A DNA stretch of 64,000 nt from Octopus vulgaris (Eukaryota), in the NCBI GenBank assembly GCA_951406725.2, contig OX597837.1:40796001-40860000 (forward strand), read 5' to 3'. The notes below the pieces were generated by a model that saw nothing but the letters and a program-made list of their open reading frames with translations, did no database searches and was not told where the DNA came from. A program made the position numbers and the translations under genes. Below are positions 58,030 through 64,000 of this stretch, piece after piece. Within the stretch, counting starts at the first letter, position 1, and every line of letters begins with the position of its first letter.

Positions 58030-58222
58030 TTATCCCTTTTCTCATTTGTTTTATTCATTAAACTGCGGCCATACTGGAGCAGTGATTGCAAGAATTTTTA
58101 GTCGAATGAATGACCCCAGTACATTTTTAAAGCCTAGTACATATTCTATGGGTTTCTTTTACCGAACCGCTAGTTTATGGAGACATACACGAACCAACAA
58201 CGGTTGTTAGGCGGTGGTGGTA

Positions 58223-58272
<50 letters not shown>

Positions 58273-58990
58273 TCCCTTATTCGTTTAAGTCATTTGATTG
58301 CGGCCATGCTGGAGCATCGCCTTGAAGGGTTTTAGTCGAACAAAACGCCCTCATTACTTATTCTTTGTAAGGATAGTACTTAATCAATCGGTCTCCTTTG
58401 CCGAACCGCTAAGTTACGGGAACGTAACCACACAAACATCAAGTGTCAAGCGTTGATGCGAGGAGACATATAGAGACACACTGACACACATATAAATACA
58501 TACATATACATGCATATACACGACGGGCTTCCTTCAGTTTCCGTCTACCCAATCCACTCACAAGACTTTGGTCTACCCGAGGTTATAGTAGAAGACATTT
58601 GCCCACGTTGCCAAGCACTGGAACTGAAACCAGCTCCATGTGGTTGGGAAGCAAGCTTTTTACCACACAGCCACGTTTGCGCCTATATACGAGGGGCTTC
58701 CTTCAGTTTCCATCTACCAAATCCACTCGCAAGACTTTGGTCTGCCCGAGATTATTGTAGAAGACACTTGCCCACGGTGCCACAAACTGAGACTGAACCC
58801 AGAACCATGTGGTTGGGAAGCAAGCTTCTTACCACACAGCCACGCATGCGTTTATATACGACGGGCTTCTTTCAGTTTCCATCTACCGTTTGGCATGAGG
58901 TTGTAGTAGAAGATATTTGCCTAGGGTGCCCATGCAGTGGAACTGAACTCGGAACTAGGGGGCTGTGAAGCAAGCTTCGTACCAACAAAC
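58030..58990 (-). mobile_element. Family A SINE array: duplicated 3' halves and triplicated 5' halves
   Basis: Three ~170-bp repeats starting ACGACGGGCTTC-like at about 58520, 58689 and 58858. Confidence 0.85.
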
Positions 58991-59057
58991 ACGCCCTGTC
59001 GACGAAACATTAAAATATTAAAAAGCTTAAAACCATAATAATAAGAAACGTATTACA

Positions 59058-59399
59058 GTGTGTGTGTGTATGAGTGTGTGTGAGTGTGCAGGTGCGTGTG
59101 TGTGTGTGAGTGTGAGTGAGTGTGCAGGTGCGTGTGTGTGTGTATGTGTGAGTGTGTGTGAGTGTGCAGGTGCGTGTTTGTGTGTGAGTGTGTGTGAGTG
59201 TGCCGGTGCGTGTGTGTGTGTATGTGTGAGTGTGTGTGAGTGTGCAGGTGCGTGTGTGTGTGAGTGTGTGTGAGTGTGCCGGTGCGTGCGTGTGTGTGTG
59301 TGAGTGTGTGTGAGTGTGCAGGTGCGTGTGTGTGTGTGTGTGTGAGTGTGTGTGAGTGTGCGTGTGTGTGTGTATGTGTGAGTGTGTGTGAGTGTGCAG

Positions 59400-59434
<35 letters not shown>

Positions 59435-59471
59435 CGTGCGTGTGTGTGTGTGAGTGTGTGTGAGTGTGCAG

Positions 59472-59506
<35 letters not shown>

Positions 59507-59638
59507 TGTGCAGGTGCGTGTGTGTGTGTGTGTGTGTGTGAGTGTGCAGGTGCGTTCGTGTGTGTGTGTGTGTGTGAGTGTGTGTGAGTGTGCAAGTGCG
59601 TGTGTGTGTGCGTGCGTGTGTGTGTATGTGTGTGTGTG
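59058..59638. repeat. Minisatellite: GAGTGTGCAGGTGC core with variable (TG)n spacers
   Basis: About a dozen GAGTGTG(C)AGGTGCG-type cores. Confidence 0.9.
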
Positions 59639-60006
59639 ACAAAGTCTCTTTATAACAGTTATTAGTTTTATGAGTTCACTGTCCTTTCATATCTTAATGA
59701 AGAGTTTTCTCTCTGTCTCTCTTTCTCTCTTTGTCTCTTTCTTTCTCCTCTTCGTCCCTCCCTCATAATGAAACAATGAAGAGCAGAAATAATAAATACG
59801 GATGCTCACACGCACACATGATCGTGTGCACATACAATCACTGACTCACACACACACACACGTACGTATACATATAGAGACGTACGTGAGCTCACGAACA
59901 TGACGTCATGCATTGAAATCTTCAATCCTCAAACACAAAACCGTATGTCTGTTTATCTATCTGTCTGTGTATAGCATGCATAGCTCTCCCTCTCTCTCTC
60001 TCTCTG

Positions 60007-60041
<35 letters not shown>

Positions 60042-60096
60042 ATATATATATATATATATACTTATCTATTTATCTATTTATCTACCTACCTATTTA

Positions 60097-60191
<95 letters not shown>

Positions 60192-60652
60192 CTATATCTA
60201 TCTATCTATCTATCTCAGAACAGGAAGGAGAGCACTCGTTGCTTCGTCAGCAATAGTAGCCTGGGGGCTGAAACACAAACCTGGGAATGAAAGAACGACC
60301 CAAGTGCAAATCCTGCTGGAGACAAGATTTTGGAAAGCAGCAAGGAGTCATGGCCAGAGTGAGCCCGGCTCCCTTAGGGTGTCAGGTATAAGGATCAAAA
60401 CCCTTGTCGGGTGGAAGTTCTTACTGTGAAGATCTTTCTTGCTGTGCACTCGCCCTGCTGCGAGATTCTGTTGTTTAATTTTTGTGTATTTGAATGAACC
60501 AAGTTTCTGTTAGAAGCCTGCGAAACTTTAAGTCGCATGGAACCCAATCGAACTGTTTTAGATAATTATACATGTAACTCTTACTAAATGTATTGACTGC
60601 TTTTTGCTTTCGTTTGCCCCTTCACTCGTTATATATACATATATATATATAC

Positions 60653-60715
<63 letters not shown>

Positions 60716-60848
60716 CATATATATATATATTGTTATATTTCGGAATGGTCATTTTGCCAGTTTAGCCAATAAAAACACACGCACTATATATTTGGTGTTA
60801 TTTTGCTTCAGTGTTATTTATTTTTTACATTAATCTTAATCTTATTTC

Positions 60849-60893
60849 GGCCAGAGTTCTTTCGTCACCCTCCTGTGACCGCATCAGTGGTCC
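60849..60893 (-). ncRNA. Compact type I hammerhead-like motif with an A9 change
   Basis: GGACCA-CTGATGC-G-GTCAC-AGGAGG-GTGAC-GAAA-GAAC-TC-TGGCC. Confidence 0.6.
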
Positions 60894-61016
60894 TTTGTTT
60901 TCTACTTTCTTATTTGTGTCTCTCCTTACTAACCGTCAGCCATTTTGTATTTCTATAGATACATAAAAAATCTTGCACAACAAATATATAAACGTATATA
61001 TATATACATATACAAA

Positions 61017-61340
61017 GCTGGCATTCCGTCGGTTACGACGACCAGGGTTCCAGTTGATCCGACTAACGGAACAACTGGATAGTGAATTTAACGAGCAAGT
61101 AGCAGAGCATTCCACAGACACATGTCCCCTTGTCATAGTTCTCAGAGAGTTTCAGCGTGACACAGTGTGACAGGGCTGGCTCTTTGAAATACAGGTACTA
61201 CTCATTCTTGCCAGCTGAGTGGACTGGAGCAACGTGAAATAAAGTGTGTCTTGCTCAAGGACACAGCACGTTGGCGGGAATAGAACTCACGACTTTGAGA
61301 TCGTAAGCCAAATAGCCTAACGACTGGGCGACGGTCTTTC
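61017..61340 (-). mobile_element. SINE (family C-related)
   Basis: GCCAGCTGAGTGGACTGGAGCAACGTGAAATAAAGTG; homologous to 11920-12175. Confidence 0.75.
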
Positions 61341-61379
61341 ACACACACACATGCACATATGTGACTATATATATGTATA

Positions 61380-61471
<92 letters not shown>

Positions 61472-61488
61472 TATGACCATTCAAATAT

Positions 61489-61574
<86 letters not shown>

Positions 61575-61575
<1 letters not shown>

Positions 61576-61666
61576 TCAAAATAAGCAACAAGAATGACTC
61601 CGGTAATTTGGTACGATCGTTTCGTACTACATCATTTTATTAAATGTTGTAAGTATTACAACAGTT
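61575..61666 (-). mobile_element. 5'-truncated copy of the 32.9-kb hammerhead element (3' half of the ribozyme only)
   Basis: Near-identical to 32910-32996; stem III is the perfect palindrome ACGATCGT; flanked by (TA)n on both sides. Confidence 0.8.
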
Positions 61667-62251
61667 AATATATATATAGCGACTTCGTTGCTATCTTCAC
61701 CGAGACACGACGGCTTATCCTGTCCCTCTCATAAGCTGTCTCCTTAATGCGTTCAAAATAATTTTCCCATCCTCTTGGCTTAACAACCCTCATCGTTTGT
61801 TTTTACTGTGTTATTTTCTTTGTCCTGTCTTTTACTGTTTTTATTTGTATTGCTTTTACTGTCCTGTTCTTGTTACCACTTTTACCCCTCTGCAAAAAAA
61901 TCCCAAATTTTATTTAATTTGCTTTGCGGGAAGGATTGTTTCAACGAAGTCGCGTCTTGTCCTTACCTTCGACACGCGGAGTAGACGAAACAGGGACAAC
62001 TGAAGAAGGGGTATATTCATTGTGTTGTATGTCTTGTGCTCTGTTTTTTCGTTGTTTGAAAAAAAGTTCATTTCCATGTTTTCTATATGTTTTCGTTTCT
62101 CATTGTGTTCAACGATTTTTTGATGTCTCGTACCCATATATGCATGTATATATACATATAGATGTAGGTATGTACATATATGTATGTATATATGCATATA
62201 TATATATATTATTTATATTATTATATATAATTATATATAATTATATATAAT

Positions 62252-62303
<52 letters not shown>

Positions 62304-62515
62304 AGGTGTATATATATATATCTATGTGTGTGTGTATATATATATATGTATATGCATATGTATGTATATGTATCAGGTTCTCTTTCTCTCCTCTCTCTCT
62401 CTCTCTCCATATGTGTGTGTGTGTGTGTTTACAATTACTTAGATACATAACAGGTTAACCATATTTAAATAAATAATAATACCTTTGGTCGTGTATTCAA
62501 ATATGCTGGGACACT

Positions 62516-62548
<33 letters not shown>

Positions 62549-63280
62549 CATATATACATATGTGAGTATGTGTGTGTGTATGCGCGCAAGCGCACGTATG
62601 TATTTAATTAATATTAATTAATTAAAGATTATCTGTAATTGTTTGTCTATCTGTTTGCATTAATGGTACTGCTGCGGGTATATATAATATTCAACACACA
62701 CACGCACACATGCATATAGATGTTGACCATCTGACATATACGCACTGCACTACAATAAATACACACAGCTAAACAAAGAATTAGTCATAAGTCTTTAATT
62801 AATTAATATTAATAAAATACATAAAGTGATCATATTCGGATACTCTTGTGCATTTACACCTACGACGCGCACACATAGACATGGATGTTAGTATATATGT
62901 GTGTATATATATATGTGTGTGTCTGTATGTATGTATATAAATACATATATATGTATATAGGGGTATATACATATATATAAGTATATACATATATATATGT
63001 ACATATATATATATATATATAAATATATAAGTATATACATATATATATATATATATGCATACATATAAGTTAGTATATACATATATATATGTGAATATAT
63101 ATACGTATATATATATATGTATGTATGTATATATATATGAGATATATATATATGACGTGCACCCGATTATATGCTCATTTTCATGTATGTTTGCATGTAT
63201 ATATCTAGAATCAGACTCATACAAATGTATTTATACCCATACATCTATTGTGTATATGACTGCGTGCTTATATATGTAAA

Positions 63281-63342
<62 letters not shown>

Positions 63343-64000
63343 AGTATGTATCTCCTCTGTATATATATACATGTGTGTGTATATATATGTGTTTGTGTTT
63401 ATGAGTGTCTGTGTGTATGTGTGTGTATACATTTATACGCAAACACTCGCAGACAAATACTCCCCGATATATGTGTTATACACATATACACATATATTTT
63501 TCACACACATACACAATCACACACATATATATATATATATATATGTACATACACACACATACACACACATAATAAATATACATACACACAAACATACACA
63601 CACGCACGCACACATACACGCACGCACGCACACACACACACACACTATATATATATATATATACACATCCTTAACTAATATAATTACCTATGTGCACCGA
63701 TACACTCAGATACACTCACACACACTCACATAAACTTACACACACTCACTACACTCACACTCTCATCCACACACACACATACACACTCATACATACACAT
63801 ACATTCACACGCACAGAGTCACGTGTGCGTTTGATCGGTTGGTGTGGGAATAACACAAAAACTTTTTTTTTCTATTTTTTCAAATTAATTAATATCCTAT
63901 GAAATTACAATTAATGACTTCCTCTTGACTTCCGTTGGACTCCCATCTCCCAGGTTCCCCTTTTACCGTTCCACCGTGAATATAATCAAAGGAAAACCAA

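Noticed and set aside
59058-59638. CRISPR-like repeat-spacer look
   Set aside because: Spacers are just (TG)n, the context is eukaryotic, and there are no cas genes.
60216-60430. GC-balanced unique stretch with an open frame of about 70 codons
   Set aside because: No recognisable motif or splice pair; probably a decayed retroelement.

Overview
AT-rich eukaryotic DNA packed with microsatellites ((TA)n, (CA)n, (TACA)n, (GATA)n, (ATT)n, (CCA)n, (GAT)n, (GAA)n) and three recurring tRNA-derived SINE families. This pattern most resembles an octopus (coleoid cephalopod) intron or intergenic region; the taxon is inferred, not proven. No intact protein-coding gene is evident, and nearly all listed ORFs are translations of simple repeats. 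Recognisable protein-coding remnants are all from transposons: three mariner fragments, two Tc1/rosa-like deletion derivatives, an R4/Dong-like RLE LINE 3' end, a HERO-like LINE 3' end and a Penelope-like (PLE) RT fragment. One candidate 43-nt exon lies on the minus strand. The main finding is a set of about a dozen intact or decayed type I hammerhead ribozyme (HHR) motifs in short elements wedged into (TA)n tracts, probably PLE termini or retrozymes. Two have fully canonical cores. Several families carry recurring non-canonical cores (C-C-G-A-N-G-A, i.e. U4C; and C-U-G-U-N-G-A, i.e. A6U) with preserved or covarying stems and, in the minimal forms, a palindromic stem III. Several long fold-back hairpins accompany them. 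All structures were read by eye and none has been computed or tested.
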